Assembly: GCA_000934665.2 (NCBI GenBank)
Contig: KZ538624.1
Span: forward strand, 1 to 58,017
From: Catajapyx aquilonaris
Taxonomy: Eukaryota
Direction: 5' to 3'
DNA length: 58,017 bases
In this document: in pieces, positions 27,601 to 40,900 of the stretch
Layout of the letters: each line of letters starts with the position of its first letter
Numbering within the stretch: the stretch's first letter is position 1
Notes under the pieces: model-generated
Databases searched by the model: none
Told to the model about the DNA's origin: nothing
Seen by the model: the letters and a program-made list of their open reading frames with translations, nothing else
Program-made: the position numbers and the translations under genes

Positions 27601-30600
27601 CAACAACACTGCTCTCGCAGCAATATTTTTAAGCTGATAACTTACTACACAGCCCGACACAGCCACATTCGTCATTTCACCCTATTGTCAAGAAATGCGA
27701 ATCGATCCCAGCCCATATAAACGCTCCTGATGGCAGGAACAGCGTCCACGTGTCAACCTGGGCCTCCATAAGTCAACACAATAGCCTTACTGCCGCCCTC
27801 TCCCACCTCCCCCAGAACCTTCCCATTCCGGAATTTCAAGGCAAGACAGGTGGTGTCCCCGTTTCAGAGCTCATCTCCCGGCGCCTGCTATTTCGGTGTC
27901 GGACAATTACGGCGGGGCGAAAAAAGGGGGGAACCGCGACCACAAAACGAGAGCGGCCCGCTAACTAGAGACTCGGTGTTTGTCTCACAAGTGTTCCCCA
28001 TAAACACCCCCGCTCCGTCTCCTCCCCCGCCCTTCCCCGCAGCATGCGTGATAGCAGCGGTGACCAAGTCGACATGTATCTCGCATTAGGTTCGCCGCCA
28101 CCACCAGTGACCACTGCCATCAATCGCTCGGCCAGCTACCGCAGCCATCGGCCCCGCCATTATCATAATCGATTCACTTCCGAATGCCCAATGTCGAATT
28201 GATTTCCCACCCTGCCGGTTCAAAAAAAAAGGGGGGGGGGGTGTGATGCGAAGGCGGATTTTCTTTCACGCGATTAGTGCCAAGTCGGAAGAAAATTTAT
28301 CAATCGCGTAAATGCACGGTGTCCGACTAGAGAGCGGGAGACAGAAAAAAAACGTTGTCTTTCGCAGAACGTGCAAGCTTGCAGTTGCGGTACCCCCATT
28401 TCCCAATCATGACCTGCGGCAACGTTTACGATGGCCGGGCACGGAACGTGGTCGTTATGGAAATAACCGGCTGCACCACAAAAGGTCGCGCACTGCACAT
28501 TCCCTCCGTTTCACTTCCTGCCCCGATTTTGATGCCGGACTGCCGCCGATTGTGTGACGATTCCGTGCCGATGTCAAAACAAGTCTTTTCGACAAAAGTG
28601 CTAAGTTGGGTGTCGTGACTTTCCCTGGCCCTGATGATGTAAACATCTCAGCCGGCAAGTTAGCACCCTCACCCGCTGACACGCCGTAGCGAAACTGCTC
28701 TAATTTCGTCACCTTAAAAAATACACAAACATGACGCCAGCTTTCGCAACGTTGTTTGCCTTTTGTATAAAAGCAGCCCATCTCGGAAAAGGCGTGAGCT
28801 ATGTCATGGGAGAACGCTCACGTACAATTCGCAAGCATTGATGCCAGTAACCAAGTGAGGGCGCGATGAGAAAAGAAATTCCATCATCCTGCCCTACTTG
28901 TATATATCGTGGGAAGTCTTCTCCACCCACTGCGCATAAAAAGAGTGAAAAATTGTAAAGCTCCCCGGCGTAAACCTGTCATTGGAACCGATTTCCCCAC
29001 GGTGGTTAAATTTCTCCCATATAAGTTAAGAAACGAGGGCCACTATGGCGGGAGGGCCCATCCAGTGCCTGCACGTCGTCATTCTTGTGCGTTGTTAAAC
29101 CACCACAATTACTGGGAGGGGGGCTACAATGGCGGGAGCACAAAACCCCTTGCTCGGGCCTCGGGGAAAATGAGGAGTGTCTCTGGGATTCAAGCTGGAG
29201 AAGAAAGCCCCTGGAAATATATTACCAAATAGTAATCGTATGCAAAAGTTGGGGGTAGAGGGGGAGCTCCCAGCGAAGAAGACACTGTGACGCTGATGAT
29301 CCAACATTTTACTTTTACGGCCCTTCTCGGCCTTATCCGCAATCTGGCTTAAATTGCACCGCCTATTATTTCGCCTTGCCAGCGGCTAAGTGTATGGCCT
29401 TACAAGCTCGGCCTCTGCACGTAATAGTGCAAAACATTTCCCGCCACACCTGCTGGCGAGTCAAATGTACTCGACACGCCACGACAGAGCCCTTTTCAGC
29501 CAGCTTGGGGACACCCGACAGCAGCATATTGGAACCTATATATGGCATTGATTCCGCATGAACGTGACAAGCAATCAGACGGAAACGCACCAAAATGTGC
29601 AAGTGCGCTAGCCACACAAAGTAAGTGCGTGCAAATATGCCATGGTATGCAAATTGCAGTGTTTCCGCTGTTTGCATATGTTATCAAATATTTGCCTACG
29701 CACGGTCCTGTTTGTACGCGGCTTGTTTGTAACTAATTTCATTGTACTTTTATTTCAAACTCGAAGCTTGTTATACCTGCCGGCATTGACGACTAAATTG
29801 AACATGATGCACGAAACGATGAAAAGCATAACACAGCACCGGACACTCTCATTAAATGCAAACAAAAAATGGGACCCAAACTCGCCGTAAAACAGTTGTT
29901 TCGTGAAAATATATTCTACGACGAAATCTCATTCGAATGCACGATAAGCGGTTGCACGAGCCCGGAATAATTACCGCCACGGTCTAGTAGCCATCTGCAA
30001 CGACAAGCAGCCATCTTTCCTTGGGCGGCAATCCGTACCCCCTCCGGAGTTTCGGTCCCACCAAGGTAAAAATACCAAATCCTACTGGAAAAGGCTGGGT
30101 GGGTATGGTAGGGGTTACAGGATAAAAGAGGCTGCCTTCTTGCTCCTAGGCTTCTCCAGGGGGGGAGAAAGAGAGAAAAAAGCGACTGCATAATTTAAGG
30201 TGGCGAATCGGGAACATTGCGGGAGGCGGATTAGCCCAGATCCCTGCGATCCGGGCCTGCACATCCTGCAAATCCCCACCTGGCCAAGCTCGATCGATAT
30301 CAGTCAGTTTGGGGAGGGGGAGGAGGAGGTTTGGGAAGGGGGAGGGAGGGGGAGGAAAGAGTAGAAAAGAAGGCACACCCGCCCCTCACCCAAAAAATAC
30401 CCTACACACAACCTCTTGATTCTGCACGTTTCTTTCCACTTCTGTCAAGCCGGTTCAAGTTGGAAAGCTTTTACTGTAATTGAGACGAATTTTCTTGGGA
30501 GAATCCCCCCTCCCCTCCCCGCTCCTCAACCCCCTGCCGGAGTGAATTCACAGCGTCGAAGTGTCAGATTTATATACCGCCAACACAAGAGCGAGACGCT

Positions 30601-33392
30601 CGGAAACTTTTTCGCACAAAATCTCACTCGAATCATCATATTCAGAGATTTCGCACAGAATAGAATCAGTCTGTCACTTGGTTGCAACTTTTTTCCCCCC
30701 TACAACTAAATCCAGCAGGCATGACCTGGCCGCCATCCCTAATCTTGCCCTCGTCGCAAAGAAGCAAATGTCAGCATCCCATTCCAAGTTATCATACCTC
30801 TCCCTTCCCATAATATAACAGCGTAACATCAATTTCTGGCTGCGCATCTTACAGTGTAGGCTACTCGACGCAGCCTCCCTTTGTGGCCAACCAGAAAGAG
30901 TGCATCGTATGCTGCTTGCCAACTTCACCCAGACCATGAAGATTGACGTCATATTGTTAGGCTGCAGACTTATTTGTCCTAAGTCAGCCAACAGAAGCGG
31001 AGATTTTCACTCTGGTTTTACAACTTTAAAAATTTAGCTTTCGGTCCATGAAGGTTTGCACAATACATGCAATTCACGGAGATTGTGTCCAGTAACGTGT
31101 GCTTCAAGTGTCAACTCAGATCCGTATAGGTGAAAATCCCACGTACTGTACTACAGTATACCACCTCTATCACGCATAAGCCTGATCTTGTATTATGAGT
31201 GCTGCAAGTTAGCGTCACAGCCTTCCGCCTCTGCTGATGAGGTCCCAATTTCGAACCCTGGGTCAGATGACTTCCTGATATAGAAATAGTTTCTATGGGT
31301 TCTCCCATTTCATTCCACACTCAAAATCCATCAGCACCGCCGCAGTTATTAATAAAGTCCAGAACCTTTTCTTCCGGCATCCCCTAAAAGGCACGGCCCA
31401 ATCACAAGGTAACCAATTATTGTATATCACAGAGGCTGTAGAGATTACAAATTGCTTCTCTTGCCCTCACGTCACGGAGCCCGTGAACTGCTGCAGCATC
31501 GTGTTCGGAGGTCCTGCCACATGACCCATTGGGTGCCTGAGGTCAGCCTTCCCGCAAACCTGCAGACCCGAGTGTTGGCGAACCGACGGACAAGCAAGTA
31601 CATCTCATCGGCTCCGATCCAAGAAAATGTCAATAGTTGACAAGGCGCAGATGTGTGCACCCAACGCCCTTCCTGCGTCTCTTCAAGTACGACTAAAATC
31701 CCACCAGCTAGCAGAGAAAGAGGCTGAATCGAGGCGGTGCCGACAGCGGGCGCCGTGACGAAGGAGGAAAGAGGGTCGGAGAGGCGGGTGGGGGAGAACG
31801 ACGCCACCAGCCAAAGCTCCTCGCTCTTGCCAGTGTGTTCAGATCGATAGGCCGGTCGGGCGGACAGCCACGCAACCGACACTGGGCCCCCAGGAAAAGA
31901 CACGGCGGAGGAGGAGGAGAAGGCGGAGGAGGAAGGAGTGTTTATCCTAGCCGACAGAGATGGGGGGGTTCCTTACAGGGTCATGGTCCTCCGCTCGCAG
32001 TCATTACGGAAGCCTACGAACCAGCTTTCAAAGGATTTTCGTGTCGTCGTCTGTACACACTAATGACGCGGCAGTAGAGCAAGCCATCAAGTCCCCCGTA
32101 CATTTTGCTGCGTTGCATCGTGAGCTACGGGGCACGTCATGGTCGGTGCAGCTACAGTCGTGGTGACCCATTTCTGCGGGTCTTCAAACGACCTATGTGC
32201 CATAAGGCAATATGCAACCCCGAGTGGCACATGCTGCAGTCCTGATTTTAAAGAGAATCTGTCCCAAAATGAACCACAATAGCGTTTCGGCGGAACGTAA
32301 TCCGGGGTAGGGTGTCGGGACCCACCTATAACTCACGCTTTCTTCATCACTATTAAGGAGTTGGACCGAGTGAGTAAGGGTCAGCAGGCCCGATTGGCGG
32401 CCAAGATCGAGGCCAAAGAAGGTCGACATGAGCTATTCTCCCAGCTGCAATTCTCAGGCCTACGCCCTGCATAATTCCTCCGGTAAGTTTTCACACGGGA
32501 AAGATTTACGGTAAAACTTTCGTAACTCCACGGCTCAATGCATTGTCCCGCTGAAGATTTCAGCGATGGAAAAAATTGACACAAACTTCCTTCAAAGAGA
32601 ACTTCCAACATGTGAGAGTTCGAATCCGACTGAAGCCCACAGGTTTCTGTCATTTAGGTCAAATACTCGACAGTAAAAGTTTCTTACGACGTGATTGGAC
32701 CGCATGGTCCCGGCCGAACTTCCGCACCCGCATCCTTCACAAGAAATCCAGTGGGATTTCATAATATGCCTGCTACTCACGACGATATTTGACATGGGGG
32801 CAGCTAGCAGTATATGTAATTATGCAAACTGACGAGAGACTTTTTTCCTGCCTGACAATGAACTGGTCGACTATAACTTACAAGGAAACTCATATTTACT
32901 CTAAACTATTGCAGGTGGTTGGTGGTACAAACCTGGCCCTTATTACGTAAACTTATGGTGTACAGTAGTTTAATGGAGCATAAATATATCTTGTTAAGCA
33001 GCCGTCTACTTGATCTTACGATATTTAAAAATTGGGACTTTTATTATACTTCAGTGGGACTTCAGAAGATCTGATGCAGATTTGTCGTGCTTGAGATTAT
33101 ACAGATTTTAAAAATTCTTACGAACATCTTTAGTAAATCATCGGAAAGGTGCCAGGGATTACTCGGTAAGCATTGACGTCCGACTAATCTGACACATTCC
33201 GGCTCGGTCCGCCGTATGTTCTCCCAAAAGTCGGGAACCTTCCACGCCGGTGGAAATAAGACTGACTATAGGATAATGGGGCTTCGAGAATGTTAAAACG
33301 TAAAGGAGGTGTTTATCACTTCACGTGTACCTACATCACTGAAATGATGCCCAATAGCCATGATAGGATCGAGACAGGAGGAAGATTCGGTA

Positions 33393-34029
33393 TCGATACT
33401 CCAACATCATTACGGTCAGCTCTTATCTCCTTCCACCTATCACTATGCGCTGTAAACAGAACCTGTAGGTGACACTATAGGTAGGTCACAGATCTGTCCA
33501 TGCAGAAGATAAATATACGGGGAAGGGGCAGTAGTCTAGTAATGCGAGGGCTGGGCTCAAATGGCAGCGTATAAATGCTCAAACCTATGCAATAGAGATA
33601 TGCATACGCTGGAACTAGCGATGTCACTCAAACGTCTCGGCAAGTATAGTATATGCAATCAGACTATGCCTGCAATAAATCTTTACTAATAGATTCATGA
33701 TTTATCTCAGGCATAGTCTGGTTAGACACTTGTCCTGAGCGATACCACGTGCATGAGCCGAGACGCTTGAGTGACATCGCTATACAGTTCCGGAGTATGC
33801 AGATCTCTATTCCATAGATTTGAGTATTTATACGCTGCTATTTGATCTCAGCCCTCGCATCACCACTGCTCCCGGACATTTTTCCGGGTCTTCTGCATAG
33901 GTCAGTAACGGAGGGACCTGCGACGTACTTATGTTAGTGCCACATGCATCAGGTTCAGTTTACAGCTGATAATGATATAGGCGGAAGGATATAAGAGTTG
34001 GCCCATCATAATGGATGCTGGATTATCGA
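33393..34029. mobile_element. ~640 bp fold-back element (old palindromic MITE)
   Basis: Imperfect inverted arms around a centre near 33690, e.g. AGCGATGTCACTCAAACGTCTCGGC vs GCCGAGACGCTTGAGTGACATCGCT, and CAGACTATGCCTG vs CAGGCATAGTCTG. Confidence 0.8.
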
Positions 34030-34150
34030 AGAATTATTATTCGAAGGATACATGCCTCAGGTATAGTCTTGTTCTATGTCTTTTTCTACTAAAGGCTAGT
34101 TGCTTCAGTGTGAGGGTGATTGCCCCTCCAAGCAAAGGGCCGAAGGTTAC

Positions 34151-34163
34151 NNNNNNNNNNNNN
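34151..34163. other. Assembly gap next to a poly-C run (another at 48144-48149; single Ns in other G/C homopolymers)
   Basis: N characters in the sequence. Confidence 0.99.
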
Positions 34164-34742
34164 CCCCCCCCCCCCCCCCCGAAGTGGAAATGTAACCCCT
34201 TGCTGGGGTGGGAGCTAGCAAAATATGAGCCTTACCAGATATGTAGCTACTTTATTAGACAATTATTATAGCATAACATTATTATACTGAACAATTTCCT
34301 GATTACTTGGAACCTAACCTACTTTCTTTGAAAAAATTCCCGACTGGCCCCTTACTTGGATCCTCAGAAACGCTTCCCAGAATCCCAGTATAATCTGAAA
34401 CATTCCGCAGGCAAAACCGAGATCTTCCCGGCCTATGCGGTTGCCACGACCTACACGGCGTGGGAACCTTTCCGAAATATTTTTACGGTATAGTTTTTCG
34501 CTGCGGCACTGCTCTATACGATTGTGAAGCGTCTGAGGCTCTGAGCGCCGTCCAAAATAGGTGTGGCAGCGTCTGCCCGCACGCGCCCTTTGCCTACTAT
34601 TATACTATACCGCACCTGTGACGCGCAGTTTCAGTCATGGCGTTAGTGACACCAACGGTGTGTTCCGCCACTTTGGCAACTTCACTAGGTGCTAACAACT
34701 CAGACAGTTTTCAAGGCATTACCGAAGAAAAAAATCATCATG

Positions 34743-34973
34743 TGATTCCCAGGGCCGGCGATCCTGACCGTGGTTTTCTGTGGTTTTCCACGGCCCCCTA
34801 GGATAATTCCGGGGTCGCTTCCGTATAATAGGCCACAGCCGCTTCCTTCCTTCCCTATCCTTGGCCCCATCCATGGGTGAAGAAAAATTTCAGACAAAAT
34901 GAGTGGTAAAATGGTGGTATTCCATCCCACTAATGGAGCGCCGATTCTCCCAATGCAATGGGGTAAAATAAAT
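34743..34973 (+). mobile_element. SINE family B, 5'-truncated
   Basis: Body matches the 56108 copy and lacks the tRNA head. 11-bp TSD AAATCATCATG (34732-34742, 34974-34984). Confidence 0.88.
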
Positions 34974-37900
34974 AAATCATCATGCTTAAAATATAAATTT
35001 CAGTTTTGAAAATAAATTTTGAGCTCGACTTTCGGCAGGTCCGGATAAACTGATAATACCTTAGCGAGCAAGAGCGTGAAAAATGGTTTGGGAATTATGT
35101 ATTATACTTTGGCTTTGGTTAATATTTGCGCGCTTCGTGTGGCGCCTAATGATGGCCTTGTGCTCGAAAGCAGCCTATATATTTCTGGAGTAAGATGCCA
35201 CCTCACATCTCACTAAAAGAGGAACTTCGGGTAAGCTATCTGATGAGGTTTCAGGGAACATGTCATTTGTAACGTTGCTATGATTCATACGAGTACAGTA
35301 CGTCAGTGGCGCGCCGTAACAAAAGCTCGCCGCTCAAAAAACCGACTCAAACGAGTAGCTTGGAAAACTCATTACCATATTATTAAACTTCTTCCAAGTC
35401 GCAATTTCCAGATTCAGCTTGCGCCCCCATATATATCGCACGTTTAAAATATGTTTAAAAATATATTCCAGTTCAATGGACCATTCAGACCAAACCATGT
35501 ACAATATGAAATCCTTTCCATTATATTTCAAACTTTCTCCCTGCCAACTGTCCTCCAAATAAAATCGTCCATCCAGGCCCTTATACCGCGTGTTTCATAA
35601 TTGAGCTCACGTCCGTATCGGTTTAAAAAAATCTCCCGGACGCTCTTTACACCGGTTCCAATCGTGTCACTTCAAATGTGGCAGTGGGAACATGGAGGGC
35701 ATGAAATGAGTTTTCCAACACTATGATTCCACGACAAACATAAAGGTAAATTCACAAGGGCGATTTTCCACTGACACGAATGCAAGCTCAGTTCTGCAAC
35801 ATGCAGTAGGGTTTATATCAGAACACACTCCCACACAAAATACGAATCCAGATTGTACATAACGTCACTAGATGATCGCAAGCCCGTAACTCTTAAAAAC
35901 CAATCCGATATTACAGAGTGGCTTGATATCTTCCTCATTATACGGCAGTGGACTGTGGTGAGAAGCTGTTAGCCGAGTCTATCACTTGGAATATCATTAA
36001 CAATTTGATTCTGCCCTAATTTTACAATCTCGTTAAAAAAAAAAACCCCCTTCAGAATTTGACCGCAACACCGCTTCTTGAAGCGTGCAGGTGAAATTTC
36101 GAAATGTGATGGAAACTACTGTGCAGGTCCAGCCTTACGCACTGGTTAACTGCCAAGCCTTTACCAGAGCAAGTGCAGAGCAAAAAAATAACAAAAAATA
36201 ACCAAAAAAAAACCAGGCAATTATTTCCACTGCAAATGTGGAACAAAAGTGGTGCAAAAATTATGGAGAGGGTGCTGCCAGGGGAGCACACAGGCTCTTT
36301 TCCCACACGCCGAACCGCAAGCAGAAAATACCGGGGGAATGCCACAAACACACGGCTTCCAATCCTGCACACCCCCTCTCTGTGAAGACCGTTGGCAAGA
36401 TTCCCACAAAAACCATGTTTGGTGTTGTGCTTTAAAACTGGAGGACATCTGTTCACGATTCAGCAACTGTAATACCCAATTTTCCTGTGATTACAGTGTG
36501 CAGTGTGCGGGCTTCAATAGTCAAATTGACGTCGGGCCGCCTGCATATTAAACCAGAGCCCATCATTTACATTATAATCCGTGCGAGCGGAAATCATGCA
36601 AGGATGGAACTAGGGCCTTGCTCGCGCAAAATTATTTACTCCTTTGCAGCGGGAGAGCTATACACAGCCGGGGCTCCGCTCCGGAACGTGAATGTAACAA
36701 GCATATTCTAAAACGAATTCCGGGAAGATGTTCGTCGGAGACACTGCTGCCTCTAATCCTTTCGCAAGGAAACCCAACCGCAAATTTTCATCCTTCAAGT
36801 GCTGGGGCTCAGAAAGGAGGTGCCATTTCCCACTTCCAACCCCCCACCCCCTCCCCAACCACTCATACCTACACAAAGTGCTGAGTCCACTTTGTATGTC
36901 GCCTCTCTAGTCATCAATACGTTACTACTATTACACAGGTTGTCTGGAGAGTCCGTTCAGATGTGCAAGGCTTGCATATATGCTGACTACCAGTCCGGTT
37001 TCGGGTTGCCGAATGACATTTTTTTTGCCGTCCATTACTAAATTTGAGGCACCTTGTATAACCCGGCCCACGCAGACCAACACATTTACAAAATAACTGG
37101 ATCATTCCCCCTAGTGCATTTCACACTCAAAATATTTCCCGATTCACACAGCAGTGTTGATGAAGCTGTACGCCCCCGTACTTCACACAGCAGGCAGGCT
37201 AGGGAGGCCGAACTGCAGAATTTCACTACAGGTGGCCCGAGTCATATTATGCCAGCAAAAACAAATCCCGCGCTAATGCCGAATAGCATTCGCTTCGATT
37301 CCGGCAAGTTCTCCAGCCGTGCGAGAACAAGATAATTGCTGGCCGTCCCAATCATGCCAGAAATGCCCGCTCCAAGGATTCCAAATATGTGATTCGGAAT
37401 AGCCGGATTTAGTGCCAGGATGATGAGATAAAATTATGATACATTATGACTACTCAGCATCTGAAAAGTACCAGATTATCCGACACAATAAGTCACTCGA
37501 GTTATCCACAAAGGGCGCACTAATGGAACACGATGATTTTTTCCCCCCCACCCCCTCTCCCCCCACCCCGAAACATCGAGCATCGCAAATCCGATTAGCA
37601 CCGTTCTCCTCTCGACTACTTGATACATCAAAGCTACATAAATGCGTTTCGCGCCCCATTTCTCTCTCTCGTCACCACCCCCCTTATCTTTTGTCCCGCC
37701 TCGCAACCTCTTCCATTAGCCATTGCGTAACCGCAAGGTCGCTCTATCTCCCCCTCATTTCCTTAGCTTTCCTACCAGCCTCCATCTCAGGCCCCGCTGC
37801 CATTCAACATTTTCCTCCAAGGCTAAAACCACCCGTACTGTAGGCCATTCAACTCCCACACACACACTACTCGACTCCATAATCACTACACGTAAAGGGG

Positions 37901-40900
37901 TTTGTACCTGCAACTAGACACTGACCCCTTTTCCGCCAAATAATCAGTCCACAAAAGGCCCTCCAGTCAGCGCCCCCTCCCTCTCTGCCCTCACTCCCAT
38001 ATAAGTGGAGGCGCTATTAGGAAGATATATGTAGCGGTATAGGAATCAACAGGGATCGTCAATAGCATTTCAGCCACAGGTGGTCGATATGTAGCTTGCA
38101 ACAAACACGCAAATGACGGCAGGCTTCGTCACCGAAAGAAAAACCGAAAGGGATCGCCNATTCCCCCCCCCCCCCCCCCTTTCTTTTTTTCCCTGCCAGC
38201 CTGTTATAATTTTTTTTTGCCCCAGACGTTGTCCCAGGTCACGAAATGAGTGCTTCCATAATAACTCACGCGTCCTTTTCTAGTTACGTATCGGGCCTTC
38301 ACAAAACAGGTCGGTCATGGCATAATCCCGCACTTTACTACTCTATCAAAAGGTCAGGCTATATGTTTAAAATAGTTTCCAGTTACACCGTCGTTTTTGG
38401 ACCGTGAATCCGATGCTAATCTTCCCCATCACACCCTTGGGTTCTCAGCTGGACAAGAGATACGAATTGCCACCGTTTTCCGCAACTGTATCTCTTGTCC
38501 TCCCGGGTCACAATGCAAATCTGATCTCCATGACAGGAACCCCGTCGAGGCGTGCATGCCGCAATGCAGGTCAGACATTTACGCCGATTTCAAACGTGTG
38601 CATCGTACTGGGTCCCTGTCCTTTAAAACACAGGGGCTTTTTCGTGCTGTTTTTTTTTAAACAAAAAAAAAGCCTATCCCTGCCCGCACACATCCACAGC
38701 TCCCCCGTAAGGCCAACATTGTTGGGTTCAACCAAATGTAACTGTTATGAAAACCTAGCCCCGCTGGATAGTCCTCGCCGGGTCTGGTTGCGGGGCGCAT
38801 CTGTGGACTTCTCCCATTCTAGGGGGTGGAGAGAATGGGGTGGGGGATGAAAATCGATACCTGTGACTCACACTCCGATGATCAACATTTCCACGGTCCA
38901 GGTTACGCTGCATCAACAAAAATCGCTGCCTACAGTATCGCCCCCTCCGGCCAAAAACTATCGGCTTCAAAACACTCGGTTTCGACCCTCCCCCCCTCAC
39001 GCCGCGGCGGGAGGTCAAAGGTCTGGTGAAAAAACCCCAAGATTCTTCCAATTATCGGGCTAGCTTCCCCTCTGTACCCCCGCCTCCCCCCCAATTTTTC
39101 ACCGCTCAAATATGCAGGCGGACGCCAACCGTCGGCGAAGAGATGAAAGTAGTTTTTCCGGACGCTCAATCTTTGATGCCAACAAAATGGATTCCGCGGG
39201 GGCAAATGGGCAGGAAATCGCAAATTCCCCCCCAGCCGGTGAAGGATTGGTCCTCGCTGCTACTTCCCCCCCTTACATTGATTTCTAGGCGTTATGCTTT
39301 CGGGTGGTGGGAGGGAAAAGGATGATGGCGGATGCTGGAATGTCACTCATTATTTGGGGCTCATTGCAGACGACGCTCATATCTAATCGTGTCACAAGCC
39401 GTCCCACTCAAAAAAAAAAAAAAAAAAACGCCGGGCCGATTATCTCTCTTTTTTTTTTTTCAAAAAAAAAGGCAAAAAAAAGCGCGTTCATCAGTCGGCA
39501 TACACACACCGAACAGCCACACGAAATATTGCCAGCTTGCCAGCCTCAGACACAATGGTGACGTACTTCATCTTTAGTCTTGGCCACGGTAATTTCGGTC
39601 CCAAAAATGTTTCGCTGGCGACACACTTGCCAACGAGAGCTCACCCCCCTTACCAACCTCCACCCCCTTCCTTTTTGTCTCCATCGGACTGAAATAACTG
39701 CCGGGAAAAGAAGATACCAAGACCGGAAGAAAAGAATGCCTGTCAGCGCCAAAATTTCCCTTTAGCCACGTTACAAAACTTCACATTTGCCGAGTCAGGT
39801 GCTGATACGATAAGGCCTCTATAGCGAACTAAAAAAAAAAAAAATCTTGCTGCTTTTGCAAAGATAAAATTGACAATATTTTATCCTGGACCGAATATCA
39901 ACGACCTTCTTCTACCTTAAAGAATGGATGGAAGGACCGGGGAAAGAAAAAAAAAGACGTGACCTGTATAATGTTATGAGTCTTCCCCCTCCCCCTTTCC
40001 CTTCGACCTGTCAGTTCCAATATATTTGGTGAAATAGCATCATTTGCATACCTGCGGCGCCACGCCAATAAACACGGAATGAAGATTGCCCCCACACTGG
40101 CAGCTAAAGGCCGCTTCTTTGGCAAGGGCTTGTCGGCCATATGTTTACAGTATTAATGGTTCGTAACTGGGCTCCATTTACATGTCTTGATGATTCAACT
40201 TCCGAGACTTTATGCGAACAACTTCCAGGAATTTACTACCGCTCATCTTTTCGCCCTAGTGCCGCCAGCATATGAAAAAACAATGGTCAAGAATGATGGC
40301 ACCTTCCCTCTAATAATTGGAAGTGGTCCAGTCGGTCTGGTCACGGTCCCCGAAACACGGCCCGTCTGGTCACCTGGAAGCTGGAGCTTGTCCACCCTCC
40401 CTGAAAACCGCCTCCTCCTCCTGGCTCATCTCCCAAATCTCTGGCACGCCTTGTAGCTGAGGGGCATCCCGTGACTAAGCCCCCCAAGAATGGTACATCC
40501 GAAGGCCGAAGCTGCATCTTTCGGATTCTGGCGCCAGACCAACCGCCAGGCCCCACCAAACCTCCACAAACCCTACGGGTCCGACCACACGCCTTGTTCG
40601 CACTTTCATCTATAAGCAATAATTAGGAACACCCCAACACCCCCCAACGGGCCCTCATGCCTCTAAGCTCCCCCCTTTCCCTCCCTTAGCAGCAGTTCCC
40701 CCTCCGGGTTGTCGATGAGATCGCTTTGGACCCTTGCCTAACGACGACTTCATCCCCCTCCGAACCAACCGTCCCAACAAAACCCCTTCCTAAAAAACGA
40801 GCCAACTGATGGGATAACCTCGTGGACGTCGTCACCAACCACTTGGATGGGATCAGTGGAGCTGTTACTTCATCCGCGCTAAGCACTGTTTCTCGGAAAA

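Noticed and set aside
32280..32355. Hammerhead ribozyme or C/D snoRNA call
   Set aside because: Core reads GTGATGA rather than CTGATGA, with no valid stem III/cleavage triplet and no box D CTGA at a suitable distance. Kept only as a weak structural finding.
15460..40060. Several ATGCAAAT octamer motifs
   Set aside because: AT-rich 8-mer counted on both strands; not clearly above chance.
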